A stretch of DNA of 64,000 nt from contig JANRIL010000015.1 of assembly GCA_033764955.1 (NCBI GenBank), positions 1 to 64,000 of the forward strand. Reading direction: 5' to 3'. Within the stretch, counting starts at the first letter, position 1, and each line of letters opens with the position of its first letter. A program made the position numbers and the translations under genes. Under the pieces are notes generated by a model, which was given only the letters and a program-made list of their open reading frames with translations, did not search any database and had not been told where the DNA came from. Origin of the DNA: Cyanobacteriota bacterium. Lineage in GTDB: Bacteria > Cyanobacteriota > Cyanobacteriia > Thermostichales > Thermostichaceae. Positions 27,887-38,762 of the stretch are shown here, piece after piece.

Positions 27887-30169
27887 TCAGCTAGGGGGGG
27901 TGGGGGGACACCAGAAGAGGTTTTGGGTAGAAACCCCCAGTTGATTCAAAATACCCTGCATCACCTGCGTGCAATACATCCAGTGTTCTCCATCGGCATA
28001 CATCCGGTCGGGGTTAAACTCTTGGTTGTGGTGGATGACCTGAGGTAATCCGGCAAACTCCTGCGACGATTGAGGAGACAAAATCAGCAGTTGAAACGGT
28101 TTGCCTTGGCAGCTAGTCTGTAATTTTTCCAACAAATCCTCTACATAGCCCCGCAGAGTTACCCCTGTACGGATAAATAAAAGTTGATCAGCATGGCGGA
28201 GGGTATACCAGAAGCGTTTGCTGCGAGCCTGATAGCGCTGTCGCATCCGTTGAAAAATTGGCTCCATGTTTTGCAGGGGATCCTCACTCGCTTCCACTTC
28301 GTGGGCAAAGGAGAGACCATGCCAACGGCGGTGGTAGATGCGTCCGGCTTCGCTGCTGTATTCCAACAGGTTGGGATTCCACATATCCGAAAAGCCCGTG
28401 GCGATGATATCGGCCACATCACTCAGATGGGTGGTGCGGCTGAGGTCGAAGGGGAAAGCGGGGCCATCATAGTCCATTTTGTAAAGCATCATCCGCACCG
28501 CACAGCGATCCCCCAAGGGCACAATCGCCACCCGTTGAATGGCGGAGAGCGGACATTGATAGCGGAAGACGAGAGAAGACTTGGCAGGGATCTTGACGCG
28601 ACTTTCTAAGCCCTCTCCTCCCACCATCAAGGTACGAAAGGGTGCCTGGGGATCCCAGGGATCCTGATAGACACCCGGAGGAATGCCTCGACAGGCGCTA
28701 CGTACCTCTGACCACATCGGATGCAGAGAATAGACATGCTCCGATTCGTTGACCACACGGATCTGGGTTGCTGACTCTTTGAGAATGCCCAACTGCCCGT
28801 CATAGAACAAAATCTCACAGGTTTGGGGGGCAAAACTATGCCAGAGGGGACGATAGCGCAGATCGGCGTAGGGAGGAATTTGCAGGGTGGTTTCGAGGGA
28901 GCGATCGGAGCGCAGGGAGAAATAAGGCAGACTGTCCTGGGCGGCCTGAGTGGAAATATACAATCCTGGCAGAAGGGTGGGGGTGAGGGTGAGCGCCGCC
29001 TGCAATTCTGACCAATTGGGGTTGAGATCGTAGGGGTAGGGGGACGGATTGAGGACACGGATGCTGTTTTCTTGAGGGTTGACCGACACTTGAAAACCCA
29101 CCGAATCTTGAAAAACAGGAATTTCAACGGATCCGTTGATGGGAGGAACTTTTTGGAGGAAATCTGCCCGTTGTTGGTCGAACAGAGTTAGGTCAATCGC
29201 CGCCGCCATCCGACGATGCCCCTGACTATTGGGGTGAGCCACATCAAAACTCAATCCAGCTTTCCAGCCCCCATAACCATTGTTGAGGGCTTCCAGCCAG
29301 TTCAAAACCGGGATCCCCCAAGAGAGCATCCGTTGCTGGGTTTCTTGCAAGAGAGCATTGTGTTCGGGAGTATAGTCTGCATGGGGATAGATCCCCCCTA
29401 GGATCGGGATCGCCCCCGCCTCGCGGGTCATTTTCACCAGTTGTAATAGCCCACTTTCAAAGCGCCGTTGAATGGCTCGCCGTTGGTGGGGGGAGCAGTG
29501 GGCGAATCCTTCATTGCCGAGGGAGAGGGCGATGATCACCATATCCGGTGTCTCTAGAGCCAGTTGTTGCGGCAACTGCTGGAGGGTCGAGTGAACCGTG
29601 GATCCCAGTTGGGAACGGTTGACCAGTTGATGTCCAAACCGTTGGTGCAGTCGCTCTGCCAAATCAGCCGCCCACCCCTGCAACAGCCAAGCACTACAAC
29701 CCAAGGCAACCGAACTGCCCATCACCAAAATTTTTAAGCCGGATGGGGTCAAGGGATAAACCCGTGGCTGCTGATCGACAAAATAGCCATGCGGCCAAGC
29801 AGACACCCGCCCAAACACGCCATCTTCGATCACCAAGAGGGCTTCAGGAGAGGGAGCCAGCCCTTGATCGACCTTCAAAGGGATCCATCGGTTTGTCCCC
29901 AGTGCCTCCCACTGCACGGGGTCGGTGTGGCTGTTGGAGGAGCGCAACCGCACATATTGATAGTCCAGTTGATTATTCAAGCTGGTGGCAAGATCAGCCG
30001 GATGCTCAGGCAGGGAGAGATCAACCCACCAGATCGGATAGTGGCTGGCGGAAGTCTGCATTCGCTGACCCCGTTGGGGATCCCAGTTGCCTAGCTCAGG
30101 AAGCGAACCCACCAATACCAGGCTCTCCCCCATTTCCGTATGGGCACTGACTCGAAATCGATACCGCAT
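27887..30169 (-). CDS. CBM20 + SGNH hydrolase + DUF1796-type (papain-like) fusion protein
   Basis: N-terminal VGS.PELGNWD; GSSVA.G, SLGNEG, D.AHPN..GH; C-terminal PLGDRCA, FPFD, HE. Confidence 0.8.
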   Translation of the reverse strand: MRYRFRVSAHTEMGESLVLVGSLPELGNWDPQRGQRMQTSASHYPIWWVDLSLPEHPADLATSLNNQLDYQYVRLRSSNSHTDPVQWEALGTNRWIPLKVDQGLAPSPEALLVIEDGVFGRVSAWPHGYFVDQQPRVYPLTPSGLKILVMGSSVALGCSAWLLQGWAADLAERLHQRFGHQLVNRSQLGSTVHSTLQQLPQQLALETPDMVIIALSLGNEGFAHCSPHQRRAIQRRFESGLLQLVKMTREAGAIPILGGIYPHADYTPEHNALLQETQQRMLSWGIPVLNWLEALNNGYGGWKAGLSFDVAHPNSQGHRRMAAAIDLTLFDQQRADFLQKVPPINGSVEIPVFQDSVGFQVSVNPQENSIRVLNPSPYPYDLNPNWSELQAALTLTPTLLPGLYISTQAAQDSLPYFSLRSDRSLETTLQIPPYADLRYRPLWHSFAPQTCEILFYDGQLGILKESATQIRVVNESEHVYSLHPMWSEVRSACRGIPPGVYQDPWDPQAPFRTLMVGGEGLESRVKIPAKSSLVFRYQCPLSAIQRVAIVPLGDRCAVRMMLYKMDYDGPAFPFDLSRTTHLSDVADIIATGFSDMWNPNLLEYSSEAGRIYHRRWHGLSFAHEVEASEDPLQNMEPIFQRMRQRYQARSKRFWYTLRHADQLLFIRTGVTLRGYVEDLLEKLQTSCQGKPFQLLILSPQSSQEFAGLPQVIHHNQEFNPDRMYADGEHWMYCTQVMQGILNQLGVSTQNLFWCPPTPPS

Positions 30170-30392
30170 GGAGTGCCTCTGCCAGGGAGCCGAGATCAGA
30201 TGGGGTAGCCAAAGTTCTGCACCCATTTCGTCCTACGAGGGCTATCAGGAGGTCAATTCAGTAGCCTTTGAAATGACCGCCACAGAAGTACCCGACTGGA
30301 AACGCAAACTTTAACTTCAAATTACTCAATCAATATCACAGGCCATCCGGCCATGTCTGTTTTCTAAAACACTAGCAGGGGTAAACCAGCCC

Positions 30393-31292
30393 TCATGCCC
30401 ACATCGATCCGCTAATCATCCCTGCCAGCACGATAAACCCCTGTCCAACATTCATCTGAAAGGCCAGCGGATAAAACTGGGGGGACAGGGTAACATCGTG
30501 CAGTCGCCAGGTTTGCCAGATCCAGCCAACACTGCTAACCGCCAAGGCCAAGAAATAGCTGAAATGGAGGGCTAAGCTCGCCCCTACACACAGCAGCAAC
30601 AGAACGGTTCCCAGAAAAAACAGGCCAATCGCGGTAGGAGCCAGCCGTCCAAAAAAACGGGCACTGGATTGAATGCCGACCCGCTCATCATCCAGGCGAT
30701 CCGCGAGGGCATAAATCGTATCAAACCCCAACGTCCACAGCAGGGTAGCCCCCCACAAAAATCCCGTCGCGGGCTGCCAGAGGGGTTGACCGGCATCCTG
30801 TCCGCTCACGGCTGTCCAACTGATCAAGACCGCAAACCCCCAAGCGAGCGCCAACACCAACTGCGGCACCGGAAAGACTCGTTTGGCGGCTGGATAGAGC
30901 AAAATCAAGGGCACCGCCGCCACACTCAACCCAATCGTGACAGGATTGAGAAACGCCACCAGCAGCCAAGCACAGAGTAACCCCACCAGCAGCAGAATCA
31001 CCGCCACCTTCACCGACAATTCACGGGTAGCTAGAGGACGATGACGGGTGCGCTCTACTAAAGGATCCAAATCCCGATCCCAGAGATCATTGACCACGCA
31101 GCCCGCCCCACTGGTGGCTAGGGATCCCAAAATAATCACCACTACCAGCGACCAGGGGGGGGATCCCTGACCTGCCAAAACCGCCCCCCACAAAGCCGGA
31201 ATCATCAAAATCAAGCGACCAGATGGCTTATCCCAGCGCAGTAGGCGGACAATCGCCCAGAGGGTGGCCAGAGAGGAAGAATGGGCAGTCAC
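30393..31292 (-). CDS. ubiA: 4-hydroxybenzoate solanesyltransferase (UbiA family)
   Basis: LRWDKP.GR.ILMIPALW, NDLWDRDLD..VERT..RPL, DTIYA.AD..DD. Confidence 0.92.
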   Translation of the reverse strand: MTAHSSSLATLWAIVRLLRWDKPSGRLILMIPALWGAVLAGQGSPPWSLVVVIILGSLATSGAGCVVNDLWDRDLDPLVERTRHRPLATRELSVKVAVILLLVGLLCAWLLVAFLNPVTIGLSVAAVPLILLYPAAKRVFPVPQLVLALAWGFAVLISWTAVSGQDAGQPLWQPATGFLWGATLLWTLGFDTIYALADRLDDERVGIQSSARFFGRLAPTAIGLFFLGTVLLLLCVGASLALHFSYFLALAVSSVGWIWQTWRLHDVTLSPQFYPLAFQMNVGQGFIVLAGMISGSMWA

Positions 31293-31606
31293 GATGGCGG
31301 GTTGCTCCTGGCAAGGCTGACGAGAGGATGACCTAGGTTTATTGTAATGAGCTTTGGTTTTGGACTCCCCCAGCCCCAGATTTGACGGGTTTCAGTTACC
31401 TGGACTGTGCAAGAACACAGAGTTTATGCCAGGGATCCCTTATCGTCAAATTAGGCCATAAATCAACGTATTTAGTAGAAAATCAAAGCAAATAAGAGAT
31501 TGAGCAAATTTCTAGCGAACCGAATCTGCCTTCCAAAAATTGGGGATCCCTGATCCTGAGCGGATTTGGCTAAACTGGATCCCGGCTCAAGACAACTCAA
31601 AAAATC

Positions 31607-31636
31607 TTGACATTTGCGGGAATAAGCCGATAAATT
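31607..31636 (+). promoter_or_regulatory. Candidate sigma70-type promoter of speA
   Basis: TTGACA-18 bp-TAAATT. Confidence 0.45.
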
Positions 31637-31704
31637 AAGAATTCTGTGCGGGTATCACGCGGGCCGCACCCCGCTGTTCATCTCTGGTATCTGGGGGGAC
31701 AACC

Positions 31705-33684
31705 ATGCCAACGTTGACTCGTTTTCCCTGGACTCTGCGAGACAGCCAAAAGCTTTATCGCATTACAGGTTGGGGCGCTCCTTATTTTCATATCAATGCT
31801 GCTGGCCACGTCGAAGTGACACCGCAAGGTTTAGACAACGAAACGGATCAAACGCAACCTCACAACACGGCTTCACCCTCCACATCCGGTTGCCTGGGGG
31901 GGATCGATCTCTACTCTTTGGTCACCGATCTGCAAGCCCGTGGGCTAGAACTGCCGCTTTTGATTCGCTTTCCTGACATCGTGGCGGATCGAATTGGGCG
32001 AGTCTGTGGCAGCTTTAATCAGGCCATCCAACGATTTGACTACCCCAATGTCTATCGCGGGGTCTATCCCGTCAAAGTCAACCAACAACGCCATTTGGTA
32101 GAAGAGGTGGTCAAGCATGGTGCTCCCTTTCAATTTGGGCTAGAGGCAGGATCCAAGCCAGAATTGCTGATTGCTTTGGCCACCCTCAATACCCCTGGGG
32201 CACTGTTGATCTGTAATGGCTACAAGGATCGTGACTATATCGAGACCGCCCTCTTGGCGCAACGGCTAGGACGCACCCCGATCATCGTCCTGGAGCGGAT
32301 GCATGAGCTAAGCATCGTCTTGGAAGCCGCGCAACGGCTGGGTATTGCCCCGATTTTGGGGGTGCGCGCCAAACTTTCAGCACAGGGGATCGGGCGCTGG
32401 GGAACGTCCGCCGGGGATCGTGCCAAGTTTGGACTGACGGCTACCGAAATTCTGGAGGTGGTGGCGCAATTACAGCAGGCCAATATGCTGGATTGCCTGC
32501 AACTGCTGCACTATCACATCGGATCCCAGATCTCGACCGTTAGTGTGCATGGGCGGGCGGTGCGGGAGGCCACTCAGCTTTATGTAGAGCTGGTCAACAT
32601 GGGCGCACCAATGGGGCATCTGGATATCGGCGGAGGATTGGGCATTGACTATGACGGATCCCAGTCTACGGCGCATACCTCCCAAAGCTATGATCTGCAT
32701 GACTATGCCGCCACCGTGGTACAAACGGTCATGACCACCTGCCAATCTCACCAGGTGTTGCCCCCTGTCCTCACCACCGAAAGCGGACGGGCGATCATGT
32801 CCCACCAGTCAGTTTTGGTGTTTGATGTCTTGGGGGTCAATTCCAATACCGTAGCTTCCTTGCCCGTGGTGCCCAGCACCGACCAAGACGTGGTTCATCA
32901 ACTGCACCAACTTTATTACGAAATCGCTCCCGCTACCCTCACCGCCAACTACCGCCGTGCCATCGAACTCAAAGATAGTGCCCTCCGCCAATTCACCGAT
33001 GGACACCTGAGCCTGCAAGAACGCTCTCGGGTGGAACGGCTGTTTTGGAACTGCTGCGACAAGGTGTGTACGATGGCCTACGAGCAACAGCAGTTGGGTG
33101 AGCATGTGCCCGTGGATCTGGAAGACCTCGACGAGATGTTGGCCAGCACCTACTATTGCAACTTCTCCTTGTTTCAATCGGTACCGGACAGTTGGGCGAT
33201 TGATCAGGTCTTTCCCATCATGCCAATCCACCGCCTCGCCGAAGAACCCAACCAGTGGGGAACTCTAGCCGATCTCACCTGTGATAGCGACGGCAAGATC
33301 AATCGCTTCATTGGAGATCACGGGCAGGTCACTTCGGTCTTGCCGTTGCATGAACTAAATGGGCAGCCTTACCTGTTGGGGGTCTTTTTAGGAGGAGCCT
33401 ATCAGGAAATTTTGGGGGATTTGCACAACCTGTTTGGGGATACGAATGCCGTTCATATCCAGCATCAAGAAGATGGCACCTACCGCGTTTCGCAGGTGGT
33501 GAAGGGGGATACCATGAGCGAGGTCTTGGGGTTTGTTCAATACAACAGCGAAGACTTGGTGGAAAATATTCATCACGCCACCGAAGCCGCCCTCCAGCAG
33601 AAACGGATTAGTCTGACGGAAGCGCGACTCTTGCAAGCTCACTTTGAGGACAATCTCCGCTCCTACACCTACCTGCGCCAATAG
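31705..33684 (+). CDS. speA: Biosynthetic arginine decarboxylase
   Basis: YPVKVNQ, LEAGSKPEL, HIGSQI, TCDSDG, GAYQEILGDLHNLFGD. Confidence 0.95.
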   Translation: MPTLTRFPWTLRDSQKLYRITGWGAPYFHINAAGHVEVTPQGLDNETDQTQPHNTASPSTSGCLGGIDLYSLVTDLQARGLELPLLIRFPDIVADRIGRVCGSFNQAIQRFDYPNVYRGVYPVKVNQQRHLVEEVVKHGAPFQFGLEAGSKPELLIALATLNTPGALLICNGYKDRDYIETALLAQRLGRTPIIVLERMHELSIVLEAAQRLGIAPILGVRAKLSAQGIGRWGTSAGDRAKFGLTATEILEVVAQLQQANMLDCLQLLHYHIGSQISTVSVHGRAVREATQLYVELVNMGAPMGHLDIGGGLGIDYDGSQSTAHTSQSYDLHDYAATVVQTVMTTCQSHQVLPPVLTTESGRAIMSHQSVLVFDVLGVNSNTVASLPVVPSTDQDVVHQLHQLYYEIAPATLTANYRRAIELKDSALRQFTDGHLSLQERSRVERLFWNCCDKVCTMAYEQQQLGEHVPVDLEDLDEMLASTYYCNFSLFQSVPDSWAIDQVFPIMPIHRLAEEPNQWGTLADLTCDSDGKINRFIGDHGQVTSVLPLHELNGQPYLLGVFLGGAYQEILGDLHNLFGDTNAVHIQHQEDGTYRVSQVVKGDTMSEVLGFVQYNSEDLVENIHHATEAALQQKRISLTEARLLQAHFEDNLRSYTYLRQ

Positions 33685-33900
33685 CTGACCGAGGGATCCT
33701 GATCACCCCTGAACCGCTCACGATCGGTCGATTGTGGGTGGTTTGGCGCTATTGCTGTCTGTTGGCTTTCTCTCTGAAAACGGATTTTTTGTAAGAATTC
33801 TTTATAATGGGCAAGGTTGGCTTTGGGATCCCCATCACAGGGAGCCGAGTTGACCGGATGGGACTATCCTCTTTCGTGCAGGAAAGCTATGCGTTACTTT

Positions 33901-34323
33901 ATGTCAATGGCTCAAGACCCGATCAGCTCCCTGACGTTCTCCCTGTTGGGGGTAACCAGCGATCAGGCTCATGTTGATTTGACCGATGAAAAGTTGATTG
34001 TCAAAGCAGGCAACCTGTTTTCGGAAACCTTTGCCCTCAATCAGTTGGGACGAGCCGAACGCCTCTCCTGGGAATGGTATATGGGTCTAGGGATCCGAAC
34101 CGACTTTCAGGGCAAGGTGGGTATCGTCACTAACTGGGAAAATGTAATCGGGATCCCTTTGTTGAGTAGCCAAACTCTATTTATCCCGATTCTGGGGGCA
34201 TTAGGATTACAGGTTCCCTGTCAACAAATCATCTTTAGTTTGAAGGATGCCGACACCTTTTTAACCAATTTTAATCAAGGTCGTGCCAGCAGCAGTGGCC
34301 CGACTGGCATCGCTATTGATTAA
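33901..34323 (+). CDS. Hypothetical protein
   Basis: Open frame with plausible globular composition; start uncertain. Confidence 0.6.
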   Translation: MSMAQDPISSLTFSLLGVTSDQAHVDLTDEKLIVKAGNLFSETFALNQLGRAERLSWEWYMGLGIRTDFQGKVGIVTNWENVIGIPLLSSQTLFIPILGALGLQVPCQQIIFSLKDADTFLTNFNQGRASSSGPTGIAID

Positions 34324-34447
34324 GGAGGACAACCGTGTTCCTGGTAGAATCGCGGAGCCATCCTTAAATCTGGCCCGATAAAAAACTCACTCCTCTCTGT
34401 TGCCTATTACTTCTGTTCAGCGCTATCGGAATCCTGCCCTTGCATTG

Positions 34448-35776
34448 CTATATATACGGGAAATCCGCAGGGTGAAATTGCAGGGCTTGCCCCCGTGTCG
34501 CTAGGTTGATCCGTCCGGATTGAAAGGCAATCTGTCCTCCCACCAGCGTCAGGCTGGGCCAACCCGTTAACAACCACCCTTCAAACGGACTCCAGCCACA
34601 TTTGGTTAGCAACTCCTCCCGCACCACCGGACGGGATTCCTCTAGGTTGACCAACACCAAGTCGGCATCCCAACCGACCTGAATTTTGCCCTTCTGACGA
34701 ATACCATAGCCGCGAGCGGGAGCTTCACACATCCAGCGCACCACCTGTGGCAACGTACAGCGCCCCGCCTGCATAGCTGTCAGCATGAGAGGGAGAGCCG
34801 TTTCCACCCCCGGCATCCCAGAGGGGGATTGTGGGTAGGGTAAGGCTTTTTCGGTAAGCGTATGAGGGGCATGGTCAGTGGCAATCATATCGATTACCCC
34901 TGTGTGTAATCCTTCCCAAAGTCGTTGGCAGTCCTGGGGATCCCGCAACGGGGGGTTCATCTGCGCCAAAGATCCCAGTTTGGCGTAGTCCTCCGTACTC
35001 AGTAAAAGATGTTGGGGGGTGACTTCGGCGGTCACCCAGGCGGGTTTCTGCTGGGCTAAGCAATCCACTTCGAGAGCGGTGGAGAGGTGAAGGATATGCA
35101 GGCGATGACGATATTGAATGGAGAGGCGTAGGGCTAGCTGAGTGGCTTGCAGAGCCGCTTGATCGTCTTGAATCTGGGAATGCAGGGCGACATCCGACTG
35201 GCCGACCCAAAGGGCTCGCCGTTCCAGGATGCGCGCCTGGGACTCCGCATGAACGGCGATCAACTGGCTGGTATGAGCAAAGATAGTTTCTAAAATGGCA
35301 GGATCCCCCACCAATAAGTCCCCTTGCATGGATCCCATAAAGATCTTGATACCACAGGCTCCCCGAATGGCTTGAAGGGCTGCCAGATTACTGGCGGTGG
35401 CTCCAATAAAAAAACCATAGTTGACCACACACTTGCTGGCGGCGCGCGCCAGTTTATCATCGAGAGTGGCCTGAGAAATGGTCAAGGGATCCGTATTGGG
35501 CATCTCCAAAAAGGAGGTGACTCCCCCACGGGCGCAGGCATGGGATCCCGTTTGCAGGTCTTCTTTATGTTCTTTGCCAGGTTCCCGAAAATGCACCTGC
35601 GGATCGATGACCCCCGGCAATAATACTTGCCCATTAGCCTCGATCACCTCATCCAGGTGGGGAGAATCAACGCGCCGATCGATCTGGCTAATTGTGCCAT
35701 TTTCAATCAACAAGTCTCCCTGGTAAAGGGATCCCTCCGGCAAAAAAATACGGGCGTCACGAATGCAGATTTTCAT
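34448..35776 (-). CDS. pyrC: Dihydroorotase
   Basis: PGVIDPQVHFREPG, EMPNT, NPPLR, ATDHAPH. Confidence 0.93.
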   Translation of the reverse strand: MKICIRDARIFLPEGSLYQGDLLIENGTISQIDRRVDSPHLDEVIEANGQVLLPGVIDPQVHFREPGKEHKEDLQTGSHACARGGVTSFLEMPNTDPLTISQATLDDKLARAASKCVVNYGFFIGATASNLAALQAIRGACGIKIFMGSMQGDLLVGDPAILETIFAHTSQLIAVHAESQARILERRALWVGQSDVALHSQIQDDQAALQATQLALRLSIQYRHRLHILHLSTALEVDCLAQQKPAWVTAEVTPQHLLLSTEDYAKLGSLAQMNPPLRDPQDCQRLWEGLHTGVIDMIATDHAPHTLTEKALPYPQSPSGMPGVETALPLMLTAMQAGRCTLPQVVRWMCEAPARGYGIRQKGKIQVGWDADLVLVNLEESRPVVREELLTKCGWSPFEGWLLTGWPSLTLVGGQIAFQSGRINLATRGQALQFHPADFPYI

Positions 35777-35804
35777 AACGTCTCAGACGTAAAGGTTGGG
35801 GGAG

Positions 35805-36326
35805 TCAGGAGGAAGCGGACTGGGCGTGCTGTTGTGCCAATTGATAATAGCGCTCGGCGTGGTGGATCAGATCCTCGGCTTCTGCCTCTGAAACCGCCCG
35901 GATCACTTTGGCCGGGATCCCTACCACCAGAGAGCGGGAGGGCACCGACTGGGTGACCACGGCTCCTGCACCGACGATGCTGCCCCTTCCCACCGTTACC
36001 CCGTTCAAAATAATCGCGCCAATGCCAATCAAGCTGCCCATCTCGACTTGTGCCCCATGAATCACGGCGCGGTGTCCCACCGTCACATGGGCTTCTAGTA
36101 GGGTAGGCTGACCCGGATCCCCGTGCAGGATAGCTCCATCTTGAATATTGCTCTGGAACCCCACCCGAATTTTTTCCACATCCCCCCGCAGCACAGCCCC
36201 ATACCAAATACTCACTCCCGCCTCTAATTCCACCCATCCACACAGGGTCGCATTGGGGGCAATAAAAGCGGCAAGCTGGCGATTGGGCAGGCCATCAGGC
36301 AAAAGAAAAGGCCAAGATGATGTCAT
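35805..36326 (-). CDS. Gamma carbonic anhydrase family protein
   Basis: IWYGAVLRGD, NIQDGAILH, VGHRAVIHG hexapeptide repeats. Confidence 0.9.
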   Translation of the reverse strand: MTSSWPFLLPDGLPNRQLAAFIAPNATLCGWVELEAGVSIWYGAVLRGDVEKIRVGFQSNIQDGAILHGDPGQPTLLEAHVTVGHRAVIHGAQVEMGSLIGIGAIILNGVTVGRGSIVGAGAVVTQSVPSRSLVVGIPAKVIRAVSEAEAEDLIHHAERYYQLAQQHAQSASS

Positions 36327-36406
36327 GGTAGCGATCACGTTCCTGTGGGAGTGGTTCCTTAGGATGGATCGGATGTCGGTGCCATGTCCATATCCAGAGA
36401 ATCCCG

Positions 36407-37621
36407 ATGATCATGCTTGACCCCAGCCTTTATTTTGACCACAGCGCCACTACTCCGCCCCGCTCCGAAGTGATCCAGCGGATGCAGGAGGTGATGCAAA
36501 CCCACTGGGGCAATCCATCCAGCTTACACGGCTGGGGGGAACAGGCAGCCACCGTGCTGGAGATTGCCCGTCAGTCGGTAGCCCAGTTGTTGGGGTGTGA
36601 GCCGGAATCGATTATTTTTACCTCCGGTGGCACGGAGTCCAACAATCTAGCCTTGTTGGGCATCGCCCTTCAGTATGAGCACCCGCAACATCTCGTGATT
36701 TCCAGCATTGAGCATTCCTCCGTCGAAAACGTGGCTCGTCACCTGGCATCGCAGGGTTGGCAGATCAGCCGTCTTCCCGTCAGTCGAGAAGGATTGATCG
36801 ATGTGGGGGATTTGCAAAAGGCTCTCCGCCCCAATACGGCGATGGTTTCTATCCTCTACGGACAAAATGAAATCGGATCCCTCCAGCCGATTGCTCAACT
36901 GGCGGCCTGTTGTCGGGCGGCTGGGATCCCGTTTCACTGTGATGCCGTGCAGGTGGCGGGGCGGATCCCTCTGGCGATGCAGGAGCTACCTGTGGATTTG
37001 CTCTCCCTCTCCGGTCATAAACTCTATGGCCCGCAAGGGGTGGGATCCCTCTACGTGCGACCCGGTTTGCGACTATTGCCCATCCTGCGAGGAGGGGGTC
37101 AGGAGAACGGGATCCGTTCCGGCACCCAACCTCTGCCGGCCATTGCCGGATTGGGGGTTGCGGCGGATTGGGCTAGCCAAGAAGTAGACGGAGAAACCAT
37201 GCGATTACGCGGCCTACAAGCCCAGTTAAGACAAGCCCTGGCCGATTGTCCTGCCCTGATTCCAACGGGACCTCTCGATGGAAAGCACCGCCTGCCCCAC
37301 CATCTCAGCTATTGCGTGGATGGCCTCAGCGGAACCGCGATCGTGCAAGCCATGAATCGATTGGGTATCGGTATTAGCGCCGGATCCGCCTGTAATCGGG
37401 GCAAGCTGATTCCCAGTCGGGTCTTGCTGGCGATGGGGTTTTCTCCCGAACAAGCCCTGGGATCCATCCGCTTGAGCATCGGGCGTACTACCACTCCAGA
37501 AGCCGTAGCGCAAGTAGCTCAAGCGTTGCGGCAAGTGATAGCTCAGCTCCTCAGGGATCCCCCATCGCCATTGGGAGGAGATCGAGTGTTCTCCCTCTTG
37601 CCTGCGGATCTGAGGGTCTGA
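36407..37621 (+). CDS. Cysteine desulfurase (IscS/NifS type)
   Basis: YFDHSATT, GNPSSLH, SGHKLYGPQG, SAGSAC. Confidence 0.93.
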   Translation: MIMLDPSLYFDHSATTPPRSEVIQRMQEVMQTHWGNPSSLHGWGEQAATVLEIARQSVAQLLGCEPESIIFTSGGTESNNLALLGIALQYEHPQHLVISSIEHSSVENVARHLASQGWQISRLPVSREGLIDVGDLQKALRPNTAMVSILYGQNEIGSLQPIAQLAACCRAAGIPFHCDAVQVAGRIPLAMQELPVDLLSLSGHKLYGPQGVGSLYVRPGLRLLPILRGGGQENGIRSGTQPLPAIAGLGVAADWASQEVDGETMRLRGLQAQLRQALADCPALIPTGPLDGKHRLPHHLSYCVDGLSGTAIVQAMNRLGIGISAGSACNRGKLIPSRVLLAMGFSPEQALGSIRLSIGRTTTPEAVAQVAQALRQVIAQLLRDPPSPLGGDRVFSLLPADLRV

Positions 37622-37623
37622 CC

Positions 37624-38421
37624 CTAACCTCTGCTCTGTTGCCAGCGTTGCCGTTTGGCTTCGTAGAGCAACAATCCTCCTGCCATCGCCAAATTGAGGG
37701 ACTCAACTCCCCCCGCCATCGGGATCCGCACCTGCTGATCGGCCATCTTTAGTAATGCTGGGCTGAGTCCCGCTCCTTCATTGCCCAACAGCAACAAACT
37801 GGGACGGGTAAAATCCACCTGCCAAAAGGGGATCCCGGTTTCATCAGCGCTGGTGGCCAATACCTGAACCTGCTGCTGTTGATAGCTTTCAATCAGTTGG
37901 GGCAAATCGGCGCACACCTGAGGACAAAGACGAAACCATTGGCCAGCCGACGCCCGTAAGACTTTGGGATTTTCGGGATCGACACTATCACGGCTGAGCC
38001 AGATCTGATTGGCTCCGGCGGCTACGGCCACGCGAATCAGGGATCCCAAATTCCCCGGATCCTGAAGGGTTTCTAGCGCTAAGCCCATCGACAAGGGGAG
38101 GGGATCCGGCTGAGGATGGTCACGATGCTGAGCAACCGCCACCACTCCATCGGGGGTCTCGGTTGTGGCTAAAAATCCCAGAACCGCTTCGCTGACAAGC
38201 TGCTGACGGCTGGACTGGGGGATGTCGGCAATCAGGATAGAGCAGCGTTTTGCCCAAGCTGGGGTATAGCAAACCGCCGCTAACGGCCAGTGGGTGGTTA
38301 ACGCCTCCTGCAAGAGATGGGTGCCCTCTACCAAAAATGCTCCCTGCTCCCGCCGTCCCTTCCCCTGCTGCAACTGCCGGAGTTGGCGGATCCATTCATT
38401 TTTGGTGCTGGTCACAATCAT
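37624..38421 (-). CDS. TrmH/SpoU family RNA methyltransferase
   Basis: LQDPGNLG, GNEGAGL, ESLNLA. Confidence 0.92.
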   Translation of the reverse strand: MIVTSTKNEWIRQLRQLQQGKGRREQGAFLVEGTHLLQEALTTHWPLAAVCYTPAWAKRCSILIADIPQSSRQQLVSEAVLGFLATTETPDGVVAVAQHRDHPQPDPLPLSMGLALETLQDPGNLGSLIRVAVAAGANQIWLSRDSVDPENPKVLRASAGQWFRLCPQVCADLPQLIESYQQQQVQVLATSADETGIPFWQVDFTRPSLLLLGNEGAGLSPALLKMADQQVRIPMAGGVESLNLAMAGGLLLYEAKRQRWQQSRG

Positions 38422-38645
38422 GAAATTGGGCGAATCCTGAATTAAATGGATGTGGGTCAGGGAAAATTTCACTGTTTTTCAAACGATTGTAGGCTGTTTT
38501 TGCCAAAAGGATCGGGGATCTTTCCCCAACCAGGAGACATTATGTTGCGAGAGATTGCGTTCCCTTAAGAGATTTCCTGTTTTATGAGAAGTTGCTCTCA
38601 GCTTGTTACCGTTAATGCAGTAACTTAACCAGAGGATAACCAGCC

Positions 38646-38762
38646 ATGAAAACAGGTACCCCTAAGCATCTCGGACAGTCTATTGAAATGGTATTGCTAC
38701 TCATCATCAGTTGTGCGGCGATGGTGGCTCTCATGGTTTGGCAGAGTGGCTTGCCCCATTAA
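38646..38762 (+). CDS. Small (38 aa) single-TM protein, not in the ORF track
   Basis: MKTGTPKHLGQSIEMVLLLIISCAAMVALMVWQSGLPH with an AGAGGA RBS-like site upstream. Confidence 0.55.
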   Translation: MKTGTPKHLGQSIEMVLLLIISCAAMVALMVWQSGLPH

